From Firmicutes bacterium UBA4881 (GTDB taxonomy: Bacteria; Bacillota; DTU065), in contig DHDH01000040.1 of assembly GCA_002399235.1 (NCBI GenBank), positions 18,592 through 82,591 of the forward strand: a stretch of 64,000 nt of DNA. The letters run 5' to 3'. A program made the translations under genes and the position numbers. Positions 1-10,603 of this stretch are shown here, piece after piece. The notes beneath the pieces are model-generated. The model was not told where the DNA came from. It worked only from the letters and a program-made list of their open reading frames with translations, and did no database searches. Each line of letters begins with the position of its first letter. Position 1 is the first letter of the stretch.

Positions 1-668
1 TAGAATGGGAGCCAACAGAGATCCTTTTAGCTGATAAAATAGAAGATTTAGCTAAAGATCACCGCTTTACTTCTACAGACGATTTCTATGCTGCTATTGG
101 ATATGGAACCATTACAACCGCCTCAATTGTTAAGGAACTTGTTGGTGAAGTCGTCTATAATACCCGTAAAAAAGAAATACAAGCTAAGCAACTGGCTAAA
201 AATACCGAGAAGCAGGTAGCTAGAGGAGCGGGTGTTAGTGTTAGCGGCACAGATGACATGCTCATTAAGCTTGCTAGGTGTTGCAGTCCTGTTCCTGGAG
301 ATCCTATAGTTGGCTACATTACTAGAGGTCGGGGTGTAACAGTTCATAGAATGGACTGTCCGAATGTAGCAGGGCTTGGCACTGAACGAGTAATAGCGGT
401 AAATTGGGACGAAGCTGATGCCGGTTATTATCCAGTGGAATTGCAATTAGAGGGTCTTGATCGACCTAATCTATTAACTACCCTCATGGCAGCTCTTGCA
501 GAGAGCAAAACAACAGTAGCTGCTGTTAATGCCAGAGCATTAGGTGATGGAAGAGCTAGTATTCAGTTGGTAGTAAACATTGATAATCTCGAGAACCTAG
601 AAAGTGTTATGAATAGATTAAGGCAGGTTAGAGGTATTAATTTAGTCGAGCGAGCTAGACCAACTTAA
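1..668 (+). CDS. relA: RelA/SpoT-family (p)ppGpp synthetase/hydrolase, C-terminal part (5' end lies outside the window)
   Basis: Frame 3 is open from the window edge to TAA 666-668. Translation reads EWEPTEILLADKIEDLAKDHRF...KLARCCSPVPGDPIVGYITRGRGVTVHRMDCPNV, followed by an ACT-like tail. dtd follows, as in Bacillus. Confidence 0.9.
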   Translation, partial: EWEPTEILLADKIEDLAKDHRFTSTDDFYAAIGYGTITTASIVKELVGEVVYNTRKKEIQAKQLAKNTEKQVARGAGVSVSGTDDMLIKLARCCSPVPGDPIVGYITRGRGVTVHRMDCPNVAGLGTERVIAVNWDEADAGYYPVELQLEGLDRPNLLTTLMAALAESKTTVAAVNARALGDGRASIQLVVNIDNLENLESVMNRLRQVRGINLVERARPT

Positions 669-692
669 TCTGAGAGGTGTGATATAGGCTAC

Positions 693-1139
693 ATGCTTGC
701 ATTAATACAACGAGTATCGAGGGCCAGTGTAACAGTGACAGGAGAGGTTGTAGCGAAAATTGGCCCTGGATTAATGGTACTTTTAGGTATTGTAGATGGT
801 GATACAAAAAAAGATGCTGAATATATTGCCAATAAGTTAACTGGGTTGAGAATATTTCCAGGTGAAGAAGAGAACCAAGAGTTTCACCTCTCGGTTAAAG
901 ATATCAAAGGTGAAATTTTGTTGGTAAGTCAATTTACCTTAGCTGGTAATTGCCAAAAAGGTAAAAGGCCAAGTTTTTCGTTGGCTATGAATCCTGGTGA
1001 TGCGTTACCTCTTTATGAATATACAGCTAGCTTACTGGAGGAAGAAGTTCCTACCAAAAAGGGCATTTTTGGAGCTCATATGGAAGTTGAATTAATTAAC
1101 GATGGACCAGTGACTTTAATGATCGATAGTAAAAAGTGA
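693..1139 (+). CDS. dtd: D-aminoacyl-tRNA deacylase
   Basis: 148 aa. Contains MLALIQRV, SQFTL and NDGPVT motifs typical of Dtd. GAGAGGTG Shine-Dalgarno (SD) sequence upstream. Confidence 0.92.
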   Translation: MLALIQRVSRASVTVTGEVVAKIGPGLMVLLGIVDGDTKKDAEYIANKLTGLRIFPGEEENQEFHLSVKDIKGEILLVSQFTLAGNCQKGKRPSFSLAMNPGDALPLYEYTASLLEEEVPTKKGIFGAHMEVELINDGPVTLMIDSKK

Positions 1140-1188
1140 TCATAATAGTTGGGGTTCGTTGAGCTAAAAAATATAATTTATTATGATA

Positions 1189-1216
1189 AGGGGCTGGATA
1201 ACAGTCCCTTTTTCTT
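1189..1216 (+). terminator. Intrinsic terminator after dtd
   Basis: Hairpin GGGGCTG-gataa-CAGTCCC followed by TTTTTC. Confidence 0.6.
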
Positions 1217-1358
1217 TTAAAGGATTTCTTCTGAAACTGATAAATTTACTCTCTTTCCAAGAGAGCAAGTTTACTGCGAGTTAAACTAGCGCAGATCTAA
1301 TCCTACTAATTAAAAAGAAATACTTAGGTAAACACCATTGGTTAAAAATTTCTGTACG

Positions 1359-1386
1359 AATCTAGAGAAGGCTCTAGATTTTTTTG
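1359..1386 (+). terminator. Second, orphan intrinsic terminator in the dtd / oxidoreductase spacer
   Basis: Perfect 9-bp stem AATCTAGAG-aagg-CTCTAGATT followed by TTTTT. No annotated ORF lies between this and the previous terminator. Confidence 0.6.
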
Positions 1387-1588
1387 CGCCCATTTTGTTT
1401 ATTGGCTAATTTGAAGTTTAGAGTTAAGCCTATGTTGTGGCAATTAATAGCGATTAGCTCTTAGCAAGGAAACAAAACTTTAATAAAAAATAATCAAATG
1501 GCGAAAACTACTAGCAACATAAATTGAGAGTTAGTTGATAGCTTAGTCTAAATAAAAAGCAAGAGAAAACAAGTGGAGGTTCGAAATA

Positions 1589-3154
1589 GTGGCTAACACA
1601 ACGTTGGATTTAGATGTGTATTCTAGTACTCAGGAACCATATTGGTTAGCATCTACCAAAAAGCCAGAATACCCAACTTTAGAAAAAGATATTTCTGTGG
1701 ATGTGGCTATAGTTGGCGGTGGAATGGTTGGTATAACTTCAGCTTATATTTTGAAAAACAAAGGCTTGAAAGTTGCTATCATAGAAGGTCATCGAATTGC
1801 CCAAGGAACTACAGGGCATACAACAGCTAAGATAACTTCGCAGCATGGGTTAATCTATGATAAATTGATAACCAAATTCGGCGAAGAAAAAGCTAAGCAA
1901 TATGCTAATGCCAACGAAGCAGCAATAGATTTTATAGCTAATTTAGTTCAAGAGAAAAATATTGATTGTGACTTTTCTAGGCGTCCAGCTTATGTTTATA
2001 CTCAGAGAGATGAATATGTAAAAAAGCTCGAAAAAGAAGTGGAAGCAGCTTCTAAGTTGGGCCTTAAAGCATCTTATGAAGCGACAGTTCCTTTGCCTTT
2101 TCAGGTAAAAGGTGCTATTAAGTTTGCAGACCAAGCTCAATTTCATCCCCTGAAATATCTGTATAAACTAGCTAAAGAAATACCTGGTGACGGTAGTTAT
2201 ATTTTCGAATTAAGTAAGGTTTTGGATATCGAAGAAGGAGAAACTTGTAAATTATTGACAAGTCATGGCCATAAAGTCACTGCTTCTCAGGTCATTATTG
2301 CTTCTCATTTTCCTTTTTATGATGGATTTGGAATGTATTTTACGAAAATTCATGTGGAAAAATCTTATGTACTAGGGGTTAAAATTAGAGATAAATTCCC
2401 TGAAGGTATGTTTATAACTGCTGAAGAACCAGGCCGGTCTCTTCGTTCCCAGAGATACAAGGATAGTGAGATCATATTAGTTGGCGGGGAACATCATAAG
2501 ACAGGTAGCGAAATACAAACTAATATTCATTACGAAAACCTAGCCAAATTTGCCCAGGAATCGTTTGATGTACAAGAGATATTATATAGATGGTCCACAC
2601 AAGACTGTACTACAGTAGATGGACTGCCTTACATAGGACATCTGACCTCAAAGACCCCCAATCTATTTGTAGCCACAGGATTTGCTAAGTGGGGGATGAC
2701 CAATAGCACTGTAGCGGCAAATATTTTAGCTGATTTAATTACCCAAGGGGAGAGCCCTTTTGCACCTGTTTATGACCCTGCCAGAATAAATATAATGGCA
2801 GCAGGTCCTACTCTAGTCTCGCAAAACCTTGATGTAGCGGTAAAATTTGTTAGTGGCAAAATCTCTTCAGCTCCACAAAATTTAGATATAAAAAGAGGCG
2901 AGGCTCAGGTAATTAAGGTAGAGGGTGGGAAAGCCGGAGCTTATCGTGACGAAAACGACGAACTGTTTGTAGTTGATATAACCTGTACACACTTAGGTTG
3001 TGAGTTGGTTTGGAATGAAGCAGAAAAAACTTGGGATTGTCCGTGCCATGGTTCTCGGTTTAACTATAAGGGCGAAAATATCGAAGGGCCTGCTTTTCTC
3101 AATTTAAAGCAGATAGATGAAGGTCCCAATAAAAAAGACCCAAATGTATTTTAA
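1589..3154 (+). CDS. FAD-dependent oxidoreductase fused to a C-terminal Rieske [2Fe-2S] domain (YhfW-like)
   Basis: GTG start 8 nt after GGAGGT. N-terminal dinucleotide fold VAIVGGGMVGITSA. C-terminal Rieske motif CTHLGCELVW...CPCHGSRF. Confidence 0.85.
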   Translation: MANTTLDLDVYSSTQEPYWLASTKKPEYPTLEKDISVDVAIVGGGMVGITSAYILKNKGLKVAIIEGHRIAQGTTGHTTAKITSQHGLIYDKLITKFGEEKAKQYANANEAAIDFIANLVQEKNIDCDFSRRPAYVYTQRDEYVKKLEKEVEAASKLGLKASYEATVPLPFQVKGAIKFADQAQFHPLKYLYKLAKEIPGDGSYIFELSKVLDIEEGETCKLLTSHGHKVTASQVIIASHFPFYDGFGMYFTKIHVEKSYVLGVKIRDKFPEGMFITAEEPGRSLRSQRYKDSEIILVGGEHHKTGSEIQTNIHYENLAKFAQESFDVQEILYRWSTQDCTTVDGLPYIGHLTSKTPNLFVATGFAKWGMTNSTVAANILADLITQGESPFAPVYDPARINIMAAGPTLVSQNLDVAVKFVSGKISSAPQNLDIKRGEAQVIKVEGGKAGAYRDENDELFVVDITCTHLGCELVWNEAEKTWDCPCHGSRFNYKGENIEGPAFLNLKQIDEGPNKKDPNVF

Positions 3155-3156
3155 TT

Positions 3157-3196
3157 AACAAGGTTCCTCTTTTGAGGAACCTTGTTAGTTTTTTTG
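3157..3196 (+). terminator. Intrinsic terminator
   Basis: AACAAGGTTCCTC-ttttg-AGGAACCTTGTT followed by a T-run. Confidence 0.8.
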
Positions 3197-3586
3197 AATC
3201 TCCCTAGGATAAAGTATAGGATTCAATCAATATTTAGCTAAATAATTGGGAAATGCTTGCTTTATCAGGAACATTCTACTAGGTAGGTTTTATTTCCGCT
3301 TCCAGCCTTGCCACAGTATAATTGTAAGGTGTTTCTGGAAGCTTATAGCCCCGATTATATTTCTTCTATTTCAGGGTTTATAAAGGATAAACCAGTTTTC
3401 TTATATTTAGTTCTTTTACTTTTTCATTTTGGAGCCACATTAATACTTAATTTGTTAAGGGGAATTACTTGCAAATTCATGTGGAGACATATACATTTGT
3501 ATTGTAATTGTCTATTAAACTTTACTTATAAAACATTAGGAAAGTCGAATTTTAAGCGTTTGGTAGTTTGGGGAGGAGGACTAGAG

Positions 3587-4198
3587 TTGGAAATTAAATC
3601 AATCTACACCAATTATGCTAATAGCTATCTTTTATGGGAAGAACAAATGGGTATCATAATAGATCCTGCCAGTGACATAAATGTTTTACAGGGTGTGCAA
3701 ATTATTAATTGCCTTGCTACCCATGGGCATGCTGATCACATTGTAAAGGCCAAATCGATTACGGAAAAATATAAAATACCCCTTACCTTGCACCAAGAAG
3801 ATGTTATTTACGTGCAAGACGATAGTTATAATTTAAGTAAATATATTTTAGGTGAAAGTCTTTCTCGGATCGATAACTTGCAGGTCATAAAAGATGGCGA
3901 TCAGATTGATTTTAATGGCCATAACCTTAGAGTGTTGCACACTCCGGGACATACACCTGGTTCTGTTATGTATTTACTAGATGACAAGTACCTATTTTCA
4001 GGAGACACTGTATTTAAAGATAGTATTGGACGAACCGATTTTCCAGGAAGTAATCCTCAGCAGATGGCAGACACCTTAGAAAAACTAATAAATATCGATA
4101 AAGATTGGGTAGTTTACCCTGGACATGGTGAGGTTACGACATGGTCTGAAGCGAAAAAATCGTTAAAGTACTGGAGGCAATTTGTTAATGCCCGATAG
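3587..4198 (+). CDS. MBL-fold metallo-hydrolase (about 203 aa)
   Basis: HGHADH and TPGHTPGS motifs. I place the start at in-frame TTG 3587, 7 nt after GGAGGAGG. The 5' 93 codons of the 3308-4198 ORF look non-coding (Cys/Phe/Leu-rich, no homology pattern). Confidence 0.8.
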   Translation: MEIKSIYTNYANSYLLWEEQMGIIIDPASDINVLQGVQIINCLATHGHADHIVKAKSITEKYKIPLTLHQEDVIYVQDDSYNLSKYILGESLSRIDNLQVIKDGDQIDFNGHNLRVLHTPGHTPGSVMYLLDDKYLFSGDTVFKDSIGRTDFPGSNPQQMADTLEKLINIDKDWVVYPGHGEVTTWSEAKKSLKYWRQFVNAR

Positions 4199-5627
4199 TT
4201 TAACACCTATAATTGAAGCACCAGCTGAACTAAGAACAACTATTCTAAGTGCTTTAAATATATTTCCTAGAAGTAGTGCTCGCTTAAGTGGCATAAAGAT
4301 AAAAGCAACTAAGAGAGATAATAGTGTCGAAGTAGTTGTTTCTGGAGTAGAAGGTGAGGCTGTTGGTATTGCTAAAGATCCATTTCCTACAGACAAGCGT
4401 TGGAGTACAAATGATATAGCTCGCAGGTGGGGAGAATTAGCCAAAACAGCTTCTGTAAAAGCGCTCTCGGTTTATACAGGAGAAAACCTTTATTGGGGCT
4501 CCCTTGAAGGTGTTAGGCCTAGTAATCTATGGCGTTTATTACGGCAAAGAGGTTTTAGTAATCAGGAAACAGAGTTGATATTAAACTCTATTTATGGAGT
4601 AGCAACTGAAAAAACCCAACTTCTTAAAGAACTTTATTTAAAGCAAGAAAAAATGGTATTTGCAGATAATAATTCTATCAGTCTCTATATTGGCATTCCG
4701 TTTTGTCCTACACGTTGTGCCTATTGCTCTTTTACAGCTTACCCTTTAAAAACACATGGCCATTTAAAGAAACCTTATTTAGAGGCTCTTTATTATGAGC
4801 TTGCCGAGTTACGAGATTATTTTGTCCAAAAAAGAGTAGCGGTTAAGAGTATTTATATCGGTGGGGGAACACCAACTGCATTGGAAGCCGAAGAACTGAG
4901 ACAAATATTCTCCTTATTACCAGAAACAGAGGAATTTACTGTTGAAGCTGGAAGGCCGGATACCATTGATCGAGCTAAGCTTTTGGTTATGAAAGAAGCT
5001 AAGGTAGATCGTATTAGCGTAAACCCCCAAACCTTAAAAGAAAGTACCTTAAAGCTAATTGGTAGGAAGCATACTATAGAAGATTTTTATAAAGCTGTTG
5101 ACCTAGTAAGAGAGATTGGCATACCAGTGATGAATATTGATTTAATTGCTGGCTTACCTGGTGAGAATGCTGAGGATATGGATAATACTTTAGAGAGGAT
5201 TTTAGCTTTAAAGCCAGAAAATGTTACTGTACACACATTAGCTGCCAAACGAGCCTCGACTTGGTATAAGGAGTTAGATAGGTGGCCTTTGCCATCTTCT
5301 TTGGAAACAGAAAAAATGGTGGTAAATGCTGCTAATAAATTGAACCAAGCAGGCTTACATCCCTACTATCTGTACAGGCAAAGACATATGGCTGCCAATT
5401 TAGAAAATGTTGGTTATGCTTTAGAGGGACAGGAATGCTATTACAACATTGTCATGATCGAGGAACTTAACACTGTGGTTGGAGCTGGGGCAGGTGCTTC
5501 CACTAGAGTTGTTAACCAAGCTATAGAGAGAATTGTCAACCCGAAATGTCCCGCAACCTATGCTAATCGAGTTGCAGATCTTCTCAATGCTAAAAAGAAT
5601 AACCTCGACCGCCTTTTTCTGGTGTGA
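4182..5627 (+). CDS. hemZ: Radical-SAM coproporphyrinogen dehydrogenase family protein, HemZ-like
   Basis: CPTRCAYCSF (CxxxCxxC) motif and HemN/HemZ-like length with an N-terminal extension. Start is TTG 4182 or ATG 4188, after GGAGG at 4173-4177. Overlaps the stop of the upstream gene. Confidence 0.75.
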   Translation: MLMPDSLTPIIEAPAELRTTILSALNIFPRSSARLSGIKIKATKRDNSVEVVVSGVEGEAVGIAKDPFPTDKRWSTNDIARRWGELAKTASVKALSVYTGENLYWGSLEGVRPSNLWRLLRQRGFSNQETELILNSIYGVATEKTQLLKELYLKQEKMVFADNNSISLYIGIPFCPTRCAYCSFTAYPLKTHGHLKKPYLEALYYELAELRDYFVQKRVAVKSIYIGGGTPTALEAEELRQIFSLLPETEEFTVEAGRPDTIDRAKLLVMKEAKVDRISVNPQTLKESTLKLIGRKHTIEDFYKAVDLVREIGIPVMNIDLIAGLPGENAEDMDNTLERILALKPENVTVHTLAAKRASTWYKELDRWPLPSSLETEKMVVNAANKLNQAGLHPYYLYRQRHMAANLENVGYALEGQECYYNIVMIEELNTVVGAGAGASTRVVNQAIERIVNPKCPATYANRVADLLNAKKNNLDRLFLV

Positions 5628-5691
5628 ATTGACAATTACTAATTTTTTCGGGTAAAATGAAGAAAGATTGCGGAGCAATTCTAAGGAGGGA

Positions 5692-7176
5692 ATGGCTTTG
5701 GCTTTAATGTCCAAACTTCGTGCCAATACTAAAGTCTTGTTTTTAGTATTAGGAATTATTCTTGTTTTAGTTACAGTTGCGGGTTCGTTTGCAGCTATTA
5801 GTTCGGGAAACAAAGCCCCATCGAAATATGTGGCTGAGGTTAATGGTATCAAATTAGAAAGAGAAGAATTTGAGCGGAATTTTTTCTTTGAATGGCAAAA
5901 TCAAAACCAGATGAATTACGGTCAATTAACTGGTATGGATCAAGAACCAATGAAGACTCAGTATTTGGTTAATATGCTTTTAAATGAAGCCCTCCTTGAT
6001 GAAGCCAAGAAGTTAAAACTTGACGCCACCAAGGAAGAAGTTGCTGAAGAATTAAAGAAAGTTGAAGAATCTGTTGGAGGCGCTGATGAATTACAAGCTC
6101 GTCTTGAAATGGTTGGCGTTTCAATTGATACATTAAACAGAGATATCAAAAACTCTTTGATATTTCAAAAGCTAGCCGAACATCTTACTAAAGATATAAC
6201 TATCGCTGACGATGATGTTCGCACTCAGTTAGAAGAGGTTAAAGCCAGTCATATTCTTGTCGAAGACGAAGAAACGGCTAAAGATCTCTATGCTCAACTA
6301 CAAAATGGTGCCGACTTTGCTAAATTAGCAAAAGAAAATTCCACTGATCCTGGTTCCAAAGATGAGGGCGGTGAGTTAGGCTTTTTCACTCGCGGTTCTA
6401 TGGTAGCTGAGTTCGAAACTGCTGCTTTTGCTTTAAAACCAGGCGAAATTAGCGAACCTGTTAAGTCTCAATTTGGTTGGCACATTATTAAGGTTGAAGA
6501 TAAAAAGAGTCCCACAGACGCAGAATTTGAAGAAAAGAAAGCCACCGCTAGCGAGGAGCTTTTAAATAAGAAAAAGACTGAACGTCTTATTGCTTACCAA
6601 AATGAGGTTAAGGGCAAAGCTAAAATTAAGATTTTTGATCCTCAGCTAAAAGCACGTTATGAATTGAACGAAGGCAAAATTGAAGAGGCAATCAAATCTT
6701 ATAACGAAGCTATTAAGAGTAAACCAAGTGATCCATACCTTTATGCTTCCTTGTCAGAAGCATATCACCGCAAAGGTGATTTAGACAAAGCTTGGGAGAA
6801 TATCTTAGAAGCTTCAGCTAAGTCCAATGATGCTGCCATTAAGATGAATTTGGCTATGTTAGGCCAAGTTAAGATGCAAAATATAGTTAACGCTAAGGAA
6901 ACCGAAGAAGAAAAGAGTTCCCAAGAATGGGCTAATGAAGATGAAAATATAAAAGCTATCTATGACGATGTAATTAAAGCTTTAGACGAAGCTGCAGCAA
7001 CTAACGAAGGCGACTTATGGTCCCATTTACAGATAGCTCAGATGTATAATTCTTTCGGTGAGAAAGAAAAAGGTCAAGCGGAAATGGACAAAGTAAAGGC
7101 TCTTGCCGAGAAGTTACAACAACAAAGTGGTGAAGAGCAAGACAACGAAACTACTGAAGAACAACCTGCAGAGTAA
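5692..7176 (+). CDS. Membrane-anchored PpiC/parvulin-type peptidyl-prolyl isomerase with C-terminal TPR-like region (PrsA/SurA-like)
   Basis: N-terminal TM segment [17 protein letters not shown]. Parvulin core ASHILV...GGELGFF...[10 protein letters not shown]. Start is ambiguous (ATG 5692, TTG 5698 or ATG 5707) after AGGAGG at 5684-5689. Confidence 0.8.
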   Translation: MALALMSKLRANTKVLFLVLGIILVLVTVAGSFAAISSGNKAPSKYVAEVNGIKLEREEFERNFFFEWQNQNQMNYGQLTGMDQEPMKTQYLVNMLLNEALLDEAKKLKLDATKEEVAEELKKVEESVGGADELQARLEMVGVSIDTLNRDIKNSLIFQKLAEHLTKDITIADDDVRTQLEEVKASHILVEDEETAKDLYAQLQNGADFAKLAKENSTDPGSKDEGGELGFFTRGSMVAEFETAAFALKPGEISEPVKSQFGWHIIKVEDKKSPTDAEFEEKKATASEELLNKKKTERLIAYQNEVKGKAKIKIFDPQLKARYELNEGKIEEAIKSYNEAIKSKPSDPYLYASLSEAYHRKGDLDKAWENILEASAKSNDAAIKMNLAMLGQVKMQNIVNAKETEEEKSSQEWANEDENIKAIYDDVIKALDEAAATNEGDLWSHLQIAQMYNSFGEKEKGQAEMDKVKALAEKLQQQSGEEQDNETTEEQPAE

Positions 7177-7223
7177 ACAAGGCTGTAGAGGCAGATAATG
7201 CTGCTAAAACCGGAGTAGAAGTT

Positions 7224-7290
7224 AAAAGCTTAGGCTTTTTTGGCAATGGTATGTTGGGAAGTGGTGGCATTTGTCACCACTTCCCTTTAT
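7224..7290 (+). terminator. Tandem terminator hairpins after the PPIase gene
   Basis: AAAAGC-ttag-GCTTTT plus T-run, then GGGAAGTGGTG-gcatttgt-CACCACTTCCC followed by TTTAT. Confidence 0.6.
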
Positions 7291-7317
7291 AATAGGGGAG
7301 TGTTTGAGGTGATAAAG

Positions 7318-8559
7318 ATGATAGTTAGACCTAAAGGTACCAATGATATCCTTCCCCAAGATATTTGGCGCTGGCATAAACTTGAAGCTATGGTACATGA
7401 ACAATGTGCCTGTTTTGGCTTTAAAGAAATCCGCACCCCTATCTTTGAAGAGACTGGTTTATTTCAAAGAGGTATTGGTGAGGCGACAGACATTGTCGAA
7501 AAAGAGATGTACACCTTTGAAGATAAGGGTGGTCGCTCCCTATCACTAAGACCTGAGGGAACTGCTTCCGTTGTACGTGCATATATTGAGAATAATTTGG
7601 CCGGAGCCTCTTTACCGGTGAAACTTTACTACTTAGGACCAATGTTTCGTTATGAGAGGCCTCAATCTGGTAGATACCGCCAATTCCACCAATTTGGTGT
7701 AGAATGTTTTGGCACTTTAGAGCCAACTCTTGATGCCGAAGTTATTATGTTGGCTAACGAACTTTACCATAAACTCGGGGCTAAAAACGTTGTACTTAAA
7801 TTAAATTCAATTGGTTGCCCTGATTGTAGGACAAAGTATATTGCTAAATTGCAAGAAGAACTAAAAAAAGAGCATGATAAACTCTGTCCGAACTGCCAAA
7901 GACGGTCAACAACAAATCCTTTACGCGTTTTAGATTGCAAAGAAGAGATGTGTCAAGCAACTATTACCTCACTTCCTAAAATTAAAGACTATCTCTGTCC
8001 AGAGTGTTCAGATCACTACGAGAAGTTAAAACACATCTTACAGATCTGGGAGATTCCATATATTGAGGAACCTAGATTAGTGCGTGGTTTTGACTATTAC
8101 ACCAAAACAGTATTTGAATTTTCTGTGGAGTCCTTGGGAGCACAAAATGCTGTTGGTGGTGGAGGTAGATATGATAAACTCGTAGAAGAGATAGGAGGTC
8201 CTGCAACCCCAGCTGTAGGTTTTGCTATGGGGATAGAAAGGACACTGCTTTCTGTGGGAGAAACTTGGGAGAAAGCACCTGACTTAGATGTCTATATCGT
8301 GACAATAGGTGACGAAGCCAGAGAAGAGGCTCTGCTGCAGTTAATTAAGGCCCGCAAAAAGGGTTTAAAAGCAGAGATGGATATCCTAGGCAGATCAGTT
8401 AAAGCCCAGTTTAAGCAAGCTGGTAAAAGTGGTGCTCGTTTTTGTTTAATTCTAGGTAGTGACGAGTTAAAAGAAGGTAAAATCAAACTAAAGAATATGC
8501 AAAGTGGAGAAGAAACCCAGTTGCCAAAAGACGACTGGCTAGGGGGCGTAAATAAATGA
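7318..8559 (+). CDS. hisS: Histidine--tRNA ligase
   Basis: ATG 7318 lies 6 nt after GAGGTG. Contains [13 protein letters not shown] and [16 protein letters not shown] class II motifs. Confidence 0.95.
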   Translation: MIVRPKGTNDILPQDIWRWHKLEAMVHEQCACFGFKEIRTPIFEETGLFQRGIGEATDIVEKEMYTFEDKGGRSLSLRPEGTASVVRAYIENNLAGASLPVKLYYLGPMFRYERPQSGRYRQFHQFGVECFGTLEPTLDAEVIMLANELYHKLGAKNVVLKLNSIGCPDCRTKYIAKLQEELKKEHDKLCPNCQRRSTTNPLRVLDCKEEMCQATITSLPKIKDYLCPECSDHYEKLKHILQIWEIPYIEEPRLVRGFDYYTKTVFEFSVESLGAQNAVGGGGRYDKLVEEIGGPATPAVGFAMGIERTLLSVGETWEKAPDLDVYIVTIGDEAREEALLQLIKARKKGLKAEMDILGRSVKAQFKQAGKSGARFCLILGSDELKEGKIKLKNMQSGEETQLPKDDWLGGVNK

Positions 8560-10310
8560 TGAAGGATATTGACTGCGGTGCTTTACGAAAAGAACACGCA
8601 GGCAAGGTAGTTACTTTAAGTGGATGGGTACATCGCCGTAGAGATCACGGTGGCTTAATTTTCGTTGATTTAAGAGACCGCTCGGGTCTAGTACAAGTTG
8701 TCTTCGATCCAGATACTAGTAAAGATAACTTTGTTCAAGCTGAGAAACTAAGAAGTGAGTTTTGTGTTCAGATTAAAGGTGAAGTAAGCATTAGACCAGC
8801 TGGTTTAGAAAATAAAGAGTTAGCCACTGGTGAGATTGAAGTAAAAGCTAAAGAACTCAATATACTTTCTACTAGTCAAGTATTGCCGTTTGCTCTTGAT
8901 ACTAGAACAGATGTCGATGAGAACGTCAGACTTCGTTACCGTTATCTTGATCTAAGAAGACCAGAGTTGCAACAAAACTTTATTCTAAGACACAGAATAA
9001 CTAAAGCTGTTCGAGATTTCTTAGATCAGGAAGGATTTTTGGAAGTCGAGACTCCTATGCTTACCAAATCAACACCTGAAGGTGCTCGTGATTATCTGGT
9101 ACCTAGCCGAGTTAACCCAGGTACATTTTATGCTTTACCACAATCCCCACAGATTTTTAAGCAATTATTAATGGTTTCTGGTTTCGAAAAATATTTCCAA
9201 ATTGCTAAGTGCTTCCGTGATGAAGACTTGCGTAAAGATCGTCAACCAGAGTTTACTCAAATCGATATGGAGATGTCATTTATCGATACCGAAGATATAT
9301 ACAGTCTCATCGAAAGAATGTTTACTCATATCTTCGACAAGGTAATGGGTATTAAACTCACAACTCCTTTCCCCAGAATGACTTATGCTGAGGGTATGCG
9401 TCGTTTTGGTTCAGACAAACCTGATACACGTTTTGGTATAGAATTAACCGATGTCTCAGACTTAGTTAGCAACTGTGGTTTTAAGGTTTTTGCTGATACC
9501 GTAGCCAAAGGCGGAGAAGTTAAGGGTATTTGTGTTCCAGGCTGTGCTGACTATACCAGAAAACAACTTGATGATCTAACATTATTAGCTCAAGAACTCG
9601 GAGCTAAAGGTTTAGCCTATATGTTGGTTAAAGAAGAAGTTAAAAGCCCAATAGCTAAGTTCTTTACTCCCGAAGAGATTAAAGCTTTGTTAGAGAGAAT
9701 GGGAGCTAAAGAAGGAGATTTAGTACTATTTGTTGCTGACAAACCTACAACAGTAGCAGCTGTTCTAGGACGTCTCCGCTTAGATTTTGGTGCTGAGTTA
9801 GGGTTAATTCCCGAAAATCAATTGAATTTCCTTTGGGTTGTAGACTTCCCTCTTCTAGAGTGGAGCGAAGAAGAGAAACGTTATGTAGCAGTACACCACC
9901 CGTTTACTTCGCCTAAGGATAAAGACTTTGATAAAGATCCAGCTAACGCTGTAGCTAAAGCCTATGACTTAGTGTTAAATGGGGTTGAGTTAGGTGGAGG
10001 TTCGATTAGAATCCATGATGCTGAATTGCAAGCAAAACTTTTTAGTGTTCTAGGTATCTCTCCTGAAGACGCCGAAGATAAGTTTGGTTTCCTCCTCAAA
10101 GCATTTAAGTTTGGTCCTCCTCCTCATGGTGGTATTGCTTTCGGTCTAGACCGCATGATTTGGCTTTTGGCGGGTGCTGAGTCAATTCGTGATGTTATTG
10201 CTTTCCCGAAGACCCAGAAGGCTGTCTGCTTGTTAACAGATGCTCCTTCATTGGTTAGTGAGAAGCAACTTAGAGAGCTACACGTTGCCTCGACTGTAGT
10301 CAAGGAATAG
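8556..10310 (+). CDS. aspS: Aspartate--tRNA ligase
   Basis: ATGA overlap with the hisS stop. Contains [18 protein letters not shown] and GGGSIRIH motifs. 584 aa. Confidence 0.95.
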   Translation: MMKDIDCGALRKEHAGKVVTLSGWVHRRRDHGGLIFVDLRDRSGLVQVVFDPDTSKDNFVQAEKLRSEFCVQIKGEVSIRPAGLENKELATGEIEVKAKELNILSTSQVLPFALDTRTDVDENVRLRYRYLDLRRPELQQNFILRHRITKAVRDFLDQEGFLEVETPMLTKSTPEGARDYLVPSRVNPGTFYALPQSPQIFKQLLMVSGFEKYFQIAKCFRDEDLRKDRQPEFTQIDMEMSFIDTEDIYSLIERMFTHIFDKVMGIKLTTPFPRMTYAEGMRRFGSDKPDTRFGIELTDVSDLVSNCGFKVFADTVAKGGEVKGICVPGCADYTRKQLDDLTLLAQELGAKGLAYMLVKEEVKSPIAKFFTPEEIKALLERMGAKEGDLVLFVADKPTTVAAVLGRLRLDFGAELGLIPENQLNFLWVVDFPLLEWSEEEKRYVAVHHPFTSPKDKDFDKDPANAVAKAYDLVLNGVELGGGSIRIHDAELQAKLFSVLGISPEDAEDKFGFLLKAFKFGPPPHGGIAFGLDRMIWLLAGAESIRDVIAFPKTQKAVCLLTDAPSLVSEKQLRELHVASTVVKE

Positions 10311-10332
10311 CCTGTTAACATTTTACAGGCAA

Positions 10333-10361
10333 TTGATGTAAGCTCATCAATATGCTATTAT
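10333..10361 (+). promoter_or_regulatory. Sigma-A-type promoter for the 6S RNA candidate
   Basis: TTGATG (10333-10338), 17-nt spacer, TATTAT (10356-10361). Confidence 0.5.
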
Positions 10362-10367
10362 AGGATC

Positions 10368-10591
10368 AAAAGGAACCCCTGCTGTGTACGTAGTCAAGCT
10401 GACAGTGTTATGAGCCAACACACTTTGATAGGGAGCCCGGACGTTTTGTTGTGGCTGCCAAGCCGTATGGCTTTGCTTAAATAACAAACAGGGCACCCAC
10501 CTGCTTTAGCAGGTTCATCAACATTCAGCGCCAGCGGCATGGCGGGGACCTTAATAAAATGGGAACCGGTAATACGGTTCCTGTTTTTTTT
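10368..10591 (+). ncRNA. ssrS: 6S RNA (SsrS/BsrA-like) with its intrinsic terminator
   Basis: GC-enriched non-coding block between aspS and tcdA. The 5' AAGGAACCCCUGCUG can pair with the 3' CAGCGG..GGGGACCUU (about 185 nt apart). Further pairing: GCUGA/UCAGC and UGUUAUGA/UCAUCAACA. There is an apical AAGCC-guau-GGCUU hairpin and a 3'-bubble hairpin CCUGC-uuua-GCAGG. Terminator GGAACCG-gtaata-CGGTTCC plus T8 at 10562-10591. Same position as bsrA in B. subtilis, as I recall it. Confidence 0.65.
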
Positions 10592-10603
10592 AGGAGGGTA
10601 GAT

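Noticed and set aside
3308-3586. N-terminal 93 codons of the 296-aa ORF encoding the MBL-fold hydrolase
   Set aside because: The translation is Cys/Phe/Leu-rich and does not look like protein. A strong GGAGGAGG SD precedes the in-frame TTG at 3587, giving the usual MBL size of about 203 aa.
5421-5852. 143-aa minus-strand ORF spanning the hemZ/PPIase junction, and the many other 60-120-aa antisense ORFs in the track (for example 123-446, 4163-4444, 7439-7726, 24139-24471, 38764-39126, 61630-61929, 62475-62843)
   Set aside because: All lie antisense within well-supported genes with conserved motifs, and lack SD sequences. These are typical shadow ORFs.
7177-7317. Possible T-box leader upstream of hisS-aspS, as in B. 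subtilis
   Set aside because: Only 140 bp are available, and there is no GGTGGTACCGCG-type T-box sequence. The hairpins there look like terminators for the upstream PPIase gene.
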